From: an uncultured delta proteobacterium
GTDB lineage: Bacteria; Desulfobacterota; Desulfobacteria; Desulfobacterales; Desulfatirhabdiaceae
Assembly: GCA_963789395.1 (NCBI GenBank)
Contig: CAWBKP010000006.1
Location: 1-64,000 of the forward strand
Length of the DNA stretch: 64,000 bases
Direction: 5' to 3'
Both the position numbers and the translations under genes were made by a program. Positions 1-10,850 of the stretch are shown here, piece by piece; position 1 is the first letter of the stretch, and each line of letters starts with the position of its first letter. Below the pieces are notes generated by a model. The model worked only from the letters and a program-made list of their open reading frames with translations. It did no database searches and was not told the DNA's origin.

Positions 1-93
1 GTTTCTTCGTCTACTCGTTCAGTTGCGTGTTAAAAAAGTAGAACAGTCGGCGACATTTGGCAGTCATACCCAGATCACAGTCGGAGTCTTTCT

Positions 94-312
94 TCATTTG
101 TCCCCCCTCGGATCACTATAAAGTGGCCGCCCGTCGATTGTTACCAGAAACCTCAAAGCCCCCCATGCCGCCGGACGAAATATTTTTGAGAAAAATCCCA
201 TGAGCGCGTCGGGGTGATACCTACCTTCGTTCTGGATTTCGATTGATTCAACTTTCGTCAGGCTCCGGTCCACGACAAATACAATCCGGTTTTTTCGATC
301 ATACGTTTCCAT
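94..312 (-). CDS. hypothetical protein of the element
   Basis: 72-aa ATG ORF co-oriented with the element genes; no recognisable motif. Confidence 0.35.
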   Translation of the reverse strand: METYDRKNRIVFVVDRSLTKVESIEIQNEGRYHPDALMGFFSKIFRPAAWGALRFLVTIDGRPLYSDPRGDK

Positions 313-337
313 ATTTTACCTTTTTGAAAAATTTGGC

Positions 338-470
338 TGTCGCCTTACTGTCACTTTTGAGTCACTTTTGCGTCATCTTGTCACTTTTTGCCCAATCACC
401 ACCGTCACTTTTGTCACCTTTACCTATAATATAAAGGTGACAAGTGACGATTGAGGTGACGGTTGCGTCA
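338..470. repeat. iteron cluster, putative replication origin of the element
   Basis: GTCAC at 350, 361, 380, 404, 413 and inverted GTGAC at 437, 444, 456; 11-bp palindrome arms TTGTCACCTTT (411-421) and AAAGGTGACAA (433-443) around an AT-rich spacer. Confidence 0.75.
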
Positions 471-527
471 ATATGGTCCGCAAACGATTTCAACAAATCC
501 ATGATCGATGCATATAGCCCTTGTTGA

Positions 528-1592
528 TTAAGAGAGTTCTTTAACTTTTTTCCAAATTCGTCGGTCATTAAGTCCCCGTTTGGCGCAAGCATCTCGCCAG
601 TCATCTACTGAAACACTGAGCCGAGTGTCTGGGTTAAAACCGGCCGATTCAAGACGATCCGCATGTTCTTTTTCAAGAGTTCTGTAGAGTTTCCAGAGCA
701 ACGGTCTGCCATTTGCCTTTTCCCTCCTTACCTTTTTGTGCCGGGGGGTCATAAGTAGTGCGATCAAGCACAACAGAAGTAACCAGCTCCCCGTCAATGT
801 CTCCGATTTCCACAATGGCGGGCTGAAAGCTGCGGGCTCTGGTTCGATAGAGTCTTTCATCTTGGTCGCTTCGAAACGGATACGCCAGTCTGCGTCTTTA
901 TCCAGCCGGTATTCAGCATCAAGCGCAGCCTTCAGAGCCATGTTTCCCCGGCTTCGGGTTTTATCGGAAAGTCCGCAATGATGCACTAGAAGGACTGTTG
1001 CGCCGGTATCGGCTTTAAGTGCGTCACATGCAGAAACAAAGGCCGACATATCTTTTGTCTGAATTTTCATCTCCCGAACCAAAATTTCTTGCCACGGTGT
1101 CCACGACAATCAGCCGGGGCTGTCCATGCACTTCCACGATTTTTTCCATCGTATCGGTCACGAAATTGACCTGATCCGAATCGGAAACCCCACTGGTGCG
1201 GTCGAAACAAACAGGGGAATAGTTTTCAGGTCAACACCGTTTCGGATGGCCCATGCCCTAAACCTTCGAGCAAGGCCGTTTTTGCCTTCACCGGCAATGT
1301 AAACGACTCAACCCTGCATGACCGGGTGACCATGGAAATCCTTACCGGATGCCACGCAACAAGCCAAGGCGATGGCGAAAAATGATTTGTATGTGCCTGG
1401 GTCGCCGAAAAGAAGCGACAGTGAATCCGTCTCGATAAAATCACGGATCAGCCACTCAATAGGCTTTACGGTTAAATCGCCGACATGGATCAGCTCGAAT
1501 GGGTGCGTGTTTTTTTCCGGCTTCCTGCCTGTTGCTCTGGCCCCGCCTTCAGGGGGCACTCGAACAATCAAAGGCGATCCGGGAAATCCCAT
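528..1592 (-). CDS. AAA_25/RepA-type helicase region, split by frameshifts
   Basis: WLIRDFI...LLFGDPGTYKSF (Walker A) in 1308-1592; VLLVHH...RSRGNMALKAALDAEY in 528-1109. Confidence 0.75.
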
Positions 1593-1667
1593 GCCCAGAA
1601 CAATAGCGCAACTGAAAGCGTATAAACCGGGTTTTCAGCCGTGTATGCCCACATCGCCCTGAAATGC

Positions 1668-2660
1668 TTAGACGTTCATTTGGTGTTCTATAGTGATGAA
1701 GATGCGGGTATTCGGAAATAAACCCCCCAACACTTCAAGCGCCTGGTCCAGCGTGAAACCGGACCCTTGAAAGTAGCTCCCCAGGATCAGCACAATTTGT
1801 TGAAGGATGTTTTCGGGGTTTTCGGGTTTCCCGCTATAATGTAGGCGATACACGGTGAAATCTTCCCATTCATCCGCTCCATCATTTCCGGGTCCGGTGT
1901 TGGTGTGTCCTTATTCCGCATGTTCCCGGTGAATCTGGTCCCTCTTCTCCCGGAAATCCGCCGCAAGATCGGGACAGTCAATTCCGCACCATCAACCGGC
2001 TCGATGGTTCGTGGTGCCATCGTCAATCCAGTGATTTCATCGATGGGCAGGCGCCCCATGAATTCGTCGAGGTCAAGGGTACTTTGTAACGGCCATTCTC
2101 TCGCAAGACATTCTCAACCCGAACCATCTTACCTTTGCCCATGCAGAACAGAGACATATCGATGGTTCCAAGGTTAAGGTCGGTTTTCCATTCAGCCACA
2201 AGACTTTGAAGACAAGCGGTAAGCACGGATCGCCGTCATCAACACTGAAACATTCAGAGGGGATAAATACGTGGCAGCCCTTTGATCCACTTGCGTAATA
2301 TTCGAGCGCATTTGCGTCCAGGGTGTAATAATCGGCCAGATGTGCGATCAAATGCCGGGCTTCCTGAAATGCCCGCGCCGGGTCTGTTTTGCTGTCAAAG
2401 TCAATGGCCATCGGCCCGAATCGCTTTGGTTCCGGCTGTCCTTCAACCGGCAACCGGTCGAACATCGGAAAGGAAAAGAACATCGCGCCGTGACTGAGCG
2501 CCTGCGTTCGGGCTTCTGGTATGTCCGGCCATCGAGATCCAAGTCCGGTCGCCGATTCGCGTGACCAATAGCGGTATAACGCGGCTTCAACTTTTTCATT
2601 ACTTAAATTGATTCGCATTGCTAAACCCTCAAGGGAAAAAACATCAGATTCCGTTTTCAA
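1668..2660 (-). CDS. AEP-type primase-polymerase, split by frameshifts; possibly fused to the helicase
   Basis: AIDFDS (DxD) and SGSKGCH motifs; continuation in overlapping ORFs 2023-2226, 1787-2059 and 1668-1853. Confidence 0.65.
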
Positions 2661-2847
2661 TCAACTTTCTAATGTCCGATTCTTTCCACGCAGTCGTTCT
2701 CGGTCCCAGCTTGACAGGCTGCGGCAGCCTACCTGCCCGGACGCCCATCCACCAGGACGACTTCGACATTTGAATCAATCCCTTCTCGCCCCTCTTTTTG
2801 TCGCCGACGATGTCCTTCAATCGTAATAACCCATCCATTTCAATCAC
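2644..2847 (-). CDS. alpA: AlpA family regulator / excisionase
   Basis: LLRLKDIV...SKSSWWMGVRAGRLPQPVKLGPRTTAWKESDI is typical AlpA. Confidence 0.9.
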   Translation of the reverse strand: MIEMDGLLRLKDIVGDKKRGEKGLIQMSKSSWWMGVRAGRLPQPVKLGPRTTAWKESDIRKLIENGI

Positions 2848-2991
2848 CTTTTTAATGTAAGATTATTTCATTACAAACAAGATGGTGCTATCATAATCAA
2901 AGACGTTTTTTAGGCAATTATGCGGCAGCTACATAGCCTTATGTAGGGATTTTGGCGGGAAGAAATGGCGTTTTTGAGGGGCGAAAAAACA

Positions 2992-3041
2992 AAAAAAGCC
3001 ATAATAAACGGACATAATATCCCGTTTATTATGGCTTTTTT
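2992..3041. terminator. perfect 20-bp inverted repeat; bidirectional terminator or operator
   Basis: AAAAAAGCCATAATAAACGG-N10-CCGTTTATTATGGCTTTTTT. Confidence 0.6.
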
Positions 3042-3088
3042 AGATAACCTATTTAATATGTTATCTTTACTGCTGGATGATCAGAAAT

Positions 3089-3649
3089 TTATCCCATCGC
3101 ATGTAAGGGCTTCAGGACACCGGTCCCGAAAGACATGCGTATGATCCTTCTTTTTATCTCGTTCAGATCAAGCATGATACATGCATGTGATTTCTGGAAT
3201 TTTACAATCTCATTTGTTATACGGTTACGCCGGGGGGTGGTAAAATCTTGTCTTTTAAAACAGCCAGTATAGTAATAAAAATCTTCATCATAATAAAACC
3301 CATAATGAAAACATAAAGTTGTTATATGGCTTCCTTTTTCAAAGAACTCCCATTCCCATTGTGCATCATCTTTTACGGCCCTGTCTATTAAAAAGGTAAT
3401 AACCTTGTGATTCATGCCGATATCAAGAGCCGTCGAAGCAATTCCAAATTCCAGAAGCCCTTTAAAAGCATACAGGTTCGTCTTCCCAGTACCAGAAACC
3501 TTTTCGAAATCAGGGGCAACCCCGATCTTTGTCGAGATATAGTCATGTCTTGACTTCGAAATTTCCAAAATCTGCTGGATTGATTTTGCCTGGAATGTTT
3601 TCTCCAAGCAAATTATCCCATCAGGTAGCTGATTATCCATTTGTTCCAT
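3089..3649 (-). CDS. hypothetical protein with possible MerR-like HTH
   Basis: 186-aa AT-rich ORF overlapping the integrase stop; GTGKTNLYAFKGLL resembles a MerR wing. Confidence 0.55.
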   Translation of the reverse strand: MEQMDNQLPDGIICLEKTFQAKSIQQILEISKSRHDYISTKIGVAPDFEKVSGTGKTNLYAFKGLLEFGIASTALDIGMNHKVITFLIDRAVKDDAQWEWEFFEKGSHITTLCFHYGFYYDEDFYYYTGCFKRQDFTTPRRNRITNEIVKFQKSHACIMLDLNEIKRRIIRMSFGTGVLKPLHAMG

Positions 3650-4882
3650 CTTTCCGGAAGGGAATCACCTTTGCGCCAGACTTCAAGCCGTCCAGGTAAT
3701 CCGCCCATGTCTGCATCATGCGCCGACGTTCGGGTAGATGGCTTGTTCTGTTGTAGGCTGCTCCCAATACATCGGGAACCCGGTGTGCGAGTTGTGCCTC
3801 GATGACGTAGGGATCGAAGTGCAGTGTCTCGTGCAAAAGCGTTCGTGCAGTGGCCCTAAAACCGTGACCGACTATCTCTTCCTTTGAAAATCCCATACGC
3901 CGGAATCCTGCATTGATCGTATTGTCGCTCATGCATCTTGAATTGGACCTTGTTGACGGAAAAACGTATTTGCCTTGTCCGGTCAGCGGTCGGAGTCTCC
4001 TGCAATATAGATAATGCCTGAGTTGACAGCGGTATTATGTGATCCGCCTTCATTTTCATTTTGCTTGCCGGAATGACAATTTGATTATTTTCAAAGTCGA
4101 TTTCAATCCATTCCAGATGTCTTAATTCACCTGGCCTGCAGAAAAGCAGGGGTAACAGCTTCATGGCGCACTGGGCAACAAAACTGCCTTGATATCCATC
4201 AATGGCGCACAGCAACGGCGCAAGTTTTCTGGGATCTGTTACCGCTGGCATATGCCTTTTGGTTTTGCTGGAAGGCGGCAAATACCCCCGAAGTCCTTGA
4301 GCGATATTGAAATTGGCTCGATCCGTGGAAATTGCATAGGTGAATACCTGTCCGATAATTGTAAGTAAACGCCTTGCCGCTTCTATGGTGCCACGTGATT
4401 TCACGCGATCCAGAACACCCTTGATGTCTTTGGCCATAACTTCGGTCAAAGGATGTATTTCCGATCCAGGGAAAGATGTCCTTTTCCAGCCGGGTAAGAA
4501 TGGTGGTGGCATGATCTGGAGACCATTCATTTCGCTTATGCCCATGCCATTCCCGTGCAATCTTTTCAAAGCTGTTGGCTGCTGTCTCGTCTCGTGCCGC
4601 TTTTTCCGCCTTCCGGTTTATGGACGGGTCGATTCCTTTATCCAACAATTGCTTGGCATTGTCCCGCTTCTGTCTTGCATCGGAAATTGAAACAATGGGG
4701 TATTTTCCAAGGGTCAGCAACTTTTCCATACCCCCAAAATGATACTTGAACCTCCATAACTTACCGCCGGTTGTCGTTACCAGCAGAAACAAGCCGCCGC
4801 CATCTGCAAGTTTATAATCTTTATCCTGCGGCTTTGCATTCCTTACCTTTACATCCGAAAGCGGGATAATCCTTTTTGGCAT
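3633..4882 (-). CDS. P4-family tyrosine integrase, two frameshifts
   Basis: N-terminal arm-binding domain (KLADGGGLFLLV...GGKLWRFKY); catalytic RPGEL, HGFR, LAH and AAYNR motifs across ORFs 4199-4912, 3856-4569 and 3633-3932. Confidence 0.92.
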
Positions 4883-4895
4883 TGGGTTCACCTCG

Positions 4896-4953
4896 TTTTT
4901 TGGGGTATCCAAATATTTTTTGGGGTATATTGTAAATATTCTACCCCCAAAAA
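4896..4953. promoter_or_regulatory. putative integrase arm-type binding sites
   Basis: TTTTTTGGGGTAT twice with a 20-bp period plus inverted TACCCCCAAAAA, between the tRNA end and the integrase start. Confidence 0.6.
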
Positions 4954-5001
4954 TATCGGATGTCTATGGATTTTATTGGACTTGCTTGGACTGAGGGTAA
5001 T

Positions 5002-5028
5002 AAAAAACCCCCGATTTCTCGGGGGTTT
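5002..5028 (-). terminator. intrinsic terminator downstream of tRNA-Sec
   Basis: On the minus strand: 10-bp stem AAACCCCCGA, GAAA loop, TCGGGGGTTT, then a U-tract. Confidence 0.75.
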
Positions 5029-5063
5029 ATGTACTTATTTGGATGCATTTGGCAAACTTATAT

Positions 5064-5161
5064 TGGCGGAAGTGCATGGGAATCGAACCCACCCGGGACG
5101 GTTTTAGCGCCCCACACCGGATTTGAAGTCCGGGAGCCCCACCAGTGAGCTGCGCACTTCC
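5064..5161 (-). tRNA. selC: tRNA-Sec (anticodon UCA)
   Basis: 98 nt GGAAGTGC...CTTCAAA anticodon loop, long variable arm, GGTTCGATTCC, GCACTTCCGCCA end. Confidence 0.97.
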
Positions 5162-5177
5162 ACGCACTGAATATGTA

Positions 5178-6641
5178 TTATGGGACCCCCGGATTGTCAA
5201 TCTTTTTTCGGCCCCGACAAGGCTCTTTTTCGTTTGATGCCAGCCAAACCCGCACCATGGCAAGCGCATCGTCCCGGCCGGCAAGGGATTGCGACATCCG
5301 GGCTTCTTCAACAGCTGCCAGAATGGTTTTGAACGCCGGTGACGGCGAAAGTCCGAACAAGGCGATCAGGTCCCTGCCGGTGACCAGCGGCGCCTCGTTT
5401 TTTCGCGGGACATAGTCCTGAAAATACAGGTTAAGCAGATCCGCAATAAAACCGGAAAATGACGGTTCCACTTCAGAGACCCGTTCTGACTTTGCACAGA
5501 TATCCGCCAGCACCATCATCAGCAGATCCGGAGTGCGGGTATCCAGGGCTCTGAAAAATCGCATGATTCCTTTGCGGGTCAGTGACCGGGCCTGGTGGGC
5601 CTGGTACAATAACAGGGGGCGCAGGTGATTTTGAACCAGGCTGCACAGATAATCCGTGTCCGAATTTGAAAGTTTCAGCCGTTTTGATATGGATTCGGCC
5701 ATGCTTGCGCCGATTTTTTCATGGCCGATAAAATGAACGGCGCCTGAGGCATCCACCGACCGGCTCGGCGGCTTTCCGATGTCATGCAGCAGCATGGCCA
5801 GTTTCAAAATGGGTTTCAGGCGGCTGTCAATCCCATTGATCGCCATCTGAAAGACAGGATCGGCCTCCATTTCGTTTCCGTTTAGAAAAGATTCCAGATG
5901 CCGGCAGGCAAAAAACGTATGATTTAAGACATCAAAGCGGTGGTGATGGTTCTGCGTGCATGCCATTTCATCACTGAGCTCCGGAAACAACTCATAGAGC
6001 AGGCCCGAGTCGCCCATTTTCCGCAGATATCCGGCTGCACCGGGCGCGGCCAGCAGGCGCACGAGCTCTTCCCGGATCCGCTCCCCGGCCGGCCGGCGGA
6101 TAAGGCCGATGTGGGCCGTGATCGCGTGTTGCGTTGCCAGTTCGATTTCAAAATTCAAGGTGGCGGCAAAGCGATAGGCGCGAAGCAACCGAAGGGGATC
6201 ACTGAAAAAAGCCTGCTTGGAAACCATGCGCAGGGAGCGGTTTGCAAGATCCTGTTGTCCATTCAGCGGATCTATAAACGAGCGGCTGCCCAGATCAACA
6301 GCCATGGCGTTGATCGTAAAATCGCGAAGCTGCAGATCGGATTCAATTGAATCGCCTGCCAAGCAAACGATATCGATCGTATGATCCGTGAAATGTCCAC
6401 GAAATACGGCCTGGCGGTTTTTGCCCAATTTATGAAAAAAAACGCCGGTTTTGCGGGAAATCTCACCTGCCAGGATTTCCGGACCCTGCCGAACCACGAT
6501 GTCATAGTCGAGCGGAGATATCCCCATCAGCATGTCGCGTACGGCGCCGCCGACCAGCCAGACGTCTCGGCTCCGAAAAACATCGGCCAGGGCTGGGACA
6601 GCCTGAAACAGCGGCAGGATGGCGGACGGGAAATCCGTCAT
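5178..6641 (-). CDS. CCA tRNA nucleotidyltransferase / poly(A) polymerase family with HD domain
   Basis: [31 protein letters not shown] and LLHDIGK motifs. Confidence 0.92.
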   Translation of the reverse strand: MTDFPSAILPLFQAVPALADVFRSRDVWLVGGAVRDMLMGISPLDYDIVVRQGPEILAGEISRKTGVFFHKLGKNRQAVFRGHFTDHTIDIVCLAGDSIESDLQLRDFTINAMAVDLGSRSFIDPLNGQQDLANRSLRMVSKQAFFSDPLRLLRAYRFAATLNFEIELATQHAITAHIGLIRRPAGERIREELVRLLAAPGAAGYLRKMGDSGLLYELFPELSDEMACTQNHHHRFDVLNHTFFACRHLESFLNGNEMEADPVFQMAINGIDSRLKPILKLAMLLHDIGKPPSRSVDASGAVHFIGHEKIGASMAESISKRLKLSNSDTDYLCSLVQNHLRPLLLYQAHQARSLTRKGIMRFFRALDTRTPDLLMMVLADICAKSERVSEVEPSFSGFIADLLNLYFQDYVPRKNEAPLVTGRDLIALFGLSPSPAFKTILAAVEEARMSQSLAGRDDALAMVRVWLASNEKEPCRGRKKIDNPGVP

Positions 6642-8179
6642 TGCAGCCTGCCCGTGTTTGCGCGATCCAGGCTGCGGTACTGGATGGCTTCCGCCACGTG
6701 TTCTGCGCCGATACCCGGAGTTGCATCCAGATCCGCGATGGTGCGGCTGATCTTCAGTATCCGGTTGTAAGCACGCGCCGAAAGCCCCAGCCGGTCGATG
6801 GCAGATTCCAGCAGGCTGCCTGAGGATGCATCGATCTGGCAGAATTTCCGGATATGGCGGCTGGACATCTGGGCGTTGCAGTAAATTGAATGATTGGAAA
6901 ATCGCCTGGACTGAATGGTCCGGGCAGCCGCAACCCGGTTTCGAATGGCTTCGGACGGCTCCTCAAGGCCGCTGCCCATCAAGTCCTTATAGGGGACGGC
7001 CGGCACGTTGACATGAATGTCGATCCGGTCAAGAAGCGGACCGGATATCCGGGAGCGGTATTTGTGAATCTGCTGGGAAGAGCAGCCGCAGTCGTGCTTG
7101 GGATCCGAAAAATAGCCGCAGGGACAGGGATTCATGGCGGCAACCAGCATGAAGCTGGACGGATAGGTAATGGTGGTGGCGGCCCTGGAAAGGGTGACCT
7201 TGTGATCTTCCAGGGGCTGGCGGAGCACTTCCAGGACATGTTTTTTAAATTCGGACAGTTCGTCCAGAAACAACACCCCGTTATGCGCCAGGCTGACCTC
7301 GCCAGGCCTCGGGAAATGTCCGCCGCCGATAAGACCCGCATCGGATATGGTGTGGTGAGGTGAGCGGAACGGCCGGCGCGTGATCATGGCCTGGTCTTTA
7401 TCCAGCAGGCCGGAGACGCTGAAAATCTTGGTGGTTTCGATGGACTCGTCAAAGCTGATTGGCGGCAGAATCGATGGAATCCGTTTGGCCAGCATGGTTT
7501 TGCCGGATCCCGGGGGCCCGACCATGATCAGATTGTGACCGCCTGCAGCAGCCACTTCCAGGGCGCGCTTTGCCAGCTCCTGGCCCATGACTTCCGCATA
7601 ATCCGAATCATATTTGCCTGTTCCGGCAAACAGGCGCGAGATGTCGGCTTTTTCCGGTGTGATCCGCGTATAGCCTCTTAAAAAATCGATGACCTGGGAC
7701 AGGGTGGTGACCGGCAGGGCACTGATGTTCTGAACGACGGCTGCTTCCAGACGGTTCTCAAAGGGGACGATGATGGCCGGATATCCGGCATGCCTGGCCG
7801 CAATCGCCATGGGGAGCGATCCGTTCACCGGTTTGATGCGGCCGTCCAGGGACAGCTCTCCCAGAATCAGGCATCCGGAGGCTGCTTCAGCCGGAATCAG
7901 CCGGGTTGCTGCCAGAATGCCGATGGCAATGGGCAGGTCAAAGCCGGTGCCTTCCTTCTTGATGCTGGCTGGCGCCAGGTTGACCGTGATCCTGTCATCC
8001 GGAAACGTGTACCCGGAATTGTGAATGGCGGAGCGGACCCGCTCCTTGCTCTCCTTGACCGATATTTCCGGAAGGCCGACGATGGTAAAGCTGGGAAGGC
8101 CGTAGGCAATATCCACTTCCACCTCAACCAGGTACGCATCCACTCCGATTACGGCGCTGCTTAATATTTTTGCCAGCAC
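6638..8179 (-). CDS. comM: YifB/ComM Mg-chelatase-like AAA ATPase
   Basis: [39 protein letters not shown]. Confidence 0.93.
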   Translation of the reverse strand: MLAKILSSAVIGVDAYLVEVEVDIAYGLPSFTIVGLPEISVKESKERVRSAIHNSGYTFPDDRITVNLAPASIKKEGTGFDLPIAIGILAATRLIPAEAASGCLILGELSLDGRIKPVNGSLPMAIAARHAGYPAIIVPFENRLEAAVVQNISALPVTTLSQVIDFLRGYTRITPEKADISRLFAGTGKYDSDYAEVMGQELAKRALEVAAAGGHNLIMVGPPGSGKTMLAKRIPSILPPISFDESIETTKIFSVSGLLDKDQAMITRRPFRSPHHTISDAGLIGGGHFPRPGEVSLAHNGVLFLDELSEFKKHVLEVLRQPLEDHKVTLSRAATTITYPSSFMLVAAMNPCPCGYFSDPKHDCGCSSQQIHKYRSRISGPLLDRIDIHVNVPAVPYKDLMGSGLEEPSEAIRNRVAAARTIQSRRFSNHSIYCNAQMSSRHIRKFCQIDASSGSLLESAIDRLGLSARAYNRILKISRTIADLDATPGIGAEHVAEAIQYRSLDRANTGRLQ

Positions 8180-8277
8180 AGGAGCCTCCTTTGAAGAAAT
8201 GGAACCCGGTGAATGCCGGGCTTTTTGATTCTGAAAGCCGGCTTGAAGTCACAGGCCATCCAGCCGGCATTCCGTGA

Positions 8278-9372
8278 TCAGCCGGCTGCGTGAACCAGGG
8301 ATGAGGCCGGAACGATCGTTACCTTTTTTTGAATTTCAGGCAGTTCTTCTCGAAGTATCTGAAGCGTCAGGGGATGGGGATGGCCGATGGCCAGCGCCTG
8401 ACCGTTGGCGGCTGCTTTTTGCAGCAGCAGCCGGAACTGCCGGCGAATCGCTTCGGGTTCCTGAACATTGTCCAGAAACACGTCGCGTTCGGCATACGGC
8501 ACCTGAAACAGCCGGGCTGACGAGCGGGCCTTGGTGTCGGCCGTGGTCCGGCTGTCGATAAAGAACAGGTTCCGCTTCTTGATGCTGGAGAGGATCTGGT
8601 TCATCTGATCCGATGAGGCCGTCATCCGCGAGCCCATGTGGTTGTTGACCCCTTTGATGTAGGGAACGGCATCCAGGTCGTCGTTCAGCTGACTGATCAG
8701 CAAGTCGGGCGACATGGCGGTCAGCAATGCGCCGGGCCCGGGATTGACCGCCGGATATTCCATGGGTTCCATGGGCAGATGGAGCATCAGATCCAGCCCT
8801 TTTTCCCTGGCCAGACGGACGATTTGCCGCTGCTGCGGGCTGTTGGGAAGGATGGACAGGGTAATGGCCGCATGCAATGCGATGAATTTTTCGGCGATGG
8901 GCAGGTCGTAGCCGATGTCGTCGATGATAATGGCGATCCGGGGCAGCTCTCCCGGCCGGTGGACGGGTTTTTTCCTTACCGGCGGCAGGACCGGTGGCGG
9001 AACCGGCGCGGGCGGCTCGATGTGCGTATAGACCTCAAAAGCCGGAGGCCGGATGTCGACCGGCGGAAGCACCGGAGGTTGGGGCTCGACCGGGGGAATC
9101 ACCGGCGGCCGGGTTTCGACAGGCGGATAAACCGGATGTTTCGGCGGCTGCGGTAGGGCGGCAACCGGGCCCGGCGGCTTCTTGGCGGGGCGGCCCTTTT
9201 TCAGGGCCTGATTCACCACCAGGCCCAGAACCACTACCAGGACAATCAGGACAATGATTCCAGCTACTCCCCGCTTCAGATGAAAGGCCATTGCAGGTTT
9301 TTTTTTGCCAGGGGATTTTTTTGCTCCGGACGTTTTTTTTTCCGGGTAGGACGGGATTCGGCCATGGATCAT
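8278..9372 (-). CDS. divergent polysaccharide deacetylase (YibQ-like)
   Basis: TM segment, Pro-rich linker, IAIIIDDIG, LHLPMEP, NNHMGS, FIDSRT, AIGHP. Confidence 0.9.
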   Translation of the reverse strand: MIHGRIPSYPEKKTSGAKKSPGKKKPAMAFHLKRGVAGIIVLIVLVVVLGLVVNQALKKGRPAKKPPGPVAALPQPPKHPVYPPVETRPPVIPPVEPQPPVLPPVDIRPPAFEVYTHIEPPAPVPPPVLPPVRKKPVHRPGELPRIAIIIDDIGYDLPIAEKFIALHAAITLSILPNSPQQRQIVRLAREKGLDLMLHLPMEPMEYPAVNPGPGALLTAMSPDLLISQLNDDLDAVPYIKGVNNHMGSRMTASSDQMNQILSSIKKRNLFFIDSRTTADTKARSSARLFQVPYAERDVFLDNVQEPEAIRRQFRLLLQKAAANGQALAIGHPHPLTLQILREELPEIQKKVTIVPASSLVHAAG

Positions 9373-9436
9373 TCCAGTTGCGGGAGAATCCGCGGCCGCG
9401 GAAAAGCCACCGCGGCCACGAAATAAATACGGGCGG

Positions 9437-10837
9437 CTATTTCTGCAGCCCCTTGAAAATATCGTAGCTGATCAGGGTCTCCAGCGCCCGTTTGACCTGG
9501 GTATCCATCTCCAGCCGCTCCGGGCTCACGATTCCGTCAGTGCCTTCTTCATCGGTTGCCGGCGGCTCGGACCCCGGCTTCTTGTCCTGAGTTTTATCCG
9601 GTTTCACCGTCGGATCCTTGGATTTTTTGCTCCCCTTGCCAGGCTCGGCTTCCAAATGGTTTTCCAGATCCTTTTCCTTTGGCATCACCAAAGGCTCTTT
9701 GCCTGGTTTTTCCTTGGGCCGGGGCGCCTCCTGCTTGACTTCGATATCCGGCTCGATACCCTTGGCCTGTATGGATCTGCCGCTGGGTGTGTAGTATCTG
9801 GCAATGGTCAGCTTCAGTCCGTATCCATCCCGAAGTGCCTCGACATTCTGGACGGAGCCTTTGCCAAATGACGTCGTTCCCATGACCAGTGCCCGCTTCA
9901 GGTCCTGCAGGGCACCTGCGACAATTTCCGATGCGCTGGCGCTGCCGCCGTTGATCAATACCACAATGGGATAATCGCGTTTAACCACATTGGGATGGGC
10001 GGTAAACACCTTGGTGTTTTTTTCCTGCCTGCCCTTGATGGACAAAATGGTGCCTTTTTCCAGGAACAGATCGGACACCTCGATGGCCTGATTCAGCAGT
10101 CCGCCGGGGTTGTTCCGCAGATCCAGGATGAGACCCTTGAGGGGCGTCGGGCCGGACTCCAGTTTCTCCAGCGCGGCGACCAGGTCCTGGGTGGTGTTGT
10201 CCCGGAAATTGGTGATCCAGATATATCCGTATCCGGGTTTCAGGGTCAGGGCCCGAACACTTTCGATCGGAATCACGTCCCGTACCAGCGTAAATTCCAG
10301 GGGTTCGGGCACGCCTTCGCGGACCACGGTTACGACAATCTTGCTGCCCTTGGGTCCGCGGATCCGGCTGACAGCATCACGGAGATTTTTGGTGGGCTCA
10401 TTCCCGATCTTGACGATGACATCTCCGGGTTTGATGCCGGCCTTGAATGCCGGCGTGCCCTGAATTGCCGATACAACCGTCACCAGGCCTTCCCGGGTGG
10501 TGATACTGACGCCGATGCCGGTGAATTCGCCCTGGGTATCCACCTGAAGCTCCTTGTAATCCTCCGGGGAAAGCAGGGACGAGTGGGGATCAAGTCCGTG
10601 AACCATTCCCTGAATGGCATCGTCGATGAGTTTTTTGGTGTCGGCAGGTTCGACATAATTCTTTTCGATCAACTCGATGACATCGGAAAACAGCTTGAGC
10701 CCTTTGTAGGTTTCATCGGTGGTGGCGGAAAGATCGCGAAAAAAACCGGCGCCGATGGTAAAAAAGCAGACGGCGGCCGCCACGGTCACCCATAATTTGA
10801 TTTGACGCCGTAAACTTCTCTGGTGTCTTCTGGTCAT
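9437..10837 (-). CDS. ctpA: S41 carboxyl-terminal processing protease
   Basis: LDPHS, PDZ domain, DLRNNPGGLL, SASASEI, FGKGSVQ; start placed at the ATG with an AGGAG RBS. Confidence 0.93.
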   Translation of the reverse strand: MTRRHQRSLRRQIKLWVTVAAAVCFFTIGAGFFRDLSATTDETYKGLKLFSDVIELIEKNYVEPADTKKLIDDAIQGMVHGLDPHSSLLSPEDYKELQVDTQGEFTGIGVSITTREGLVTVVSAIQGTPAFKAGIKPGDVIVKIGNEPTKNLRDAVSRIRGPKGSKIVVTVVREGVPEPLEFTLVRDVIPIESVRALTLKPGYGYIWITNFRDNTTQDLVAALEKLESGPTPLKGLILDLRNNPGGLLNQAIEVSDLFLEKGTILSIKGRQEKNTKVFTAHPNVVKRDYPIVVLINGGSASASEIVAGALQDLKRALVMGTTSFGKGSVQNVEALRDGYGLKLTIARYYTPSGRSIQAKGIEPDIEVKQEAPRPKEKPGKEPLVMPKEKDLENHLEAEPGKGSKKSKDPTVKPDKTQDKKPGSEPPATDEEGTDGIVSPERLEMDTQVKRALETLISYDIFKGLQK

Positions 10838-10850
10838 GCGGATACTCCTT

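Larger units (their letters stand above)
1..5063 (-). mobile_element. P4/PICI-like phage satellite or integrative element inserted at the 3' end of tRNA-Sec; left end lies outside the window
   Basis: Tyrosine integrase abuts tRNA-Sec and is followed co-directionally by an HTH gene, alpA, AEP primase, AAA_25 helicase and an iteron cluster. Confidence 0.85.
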
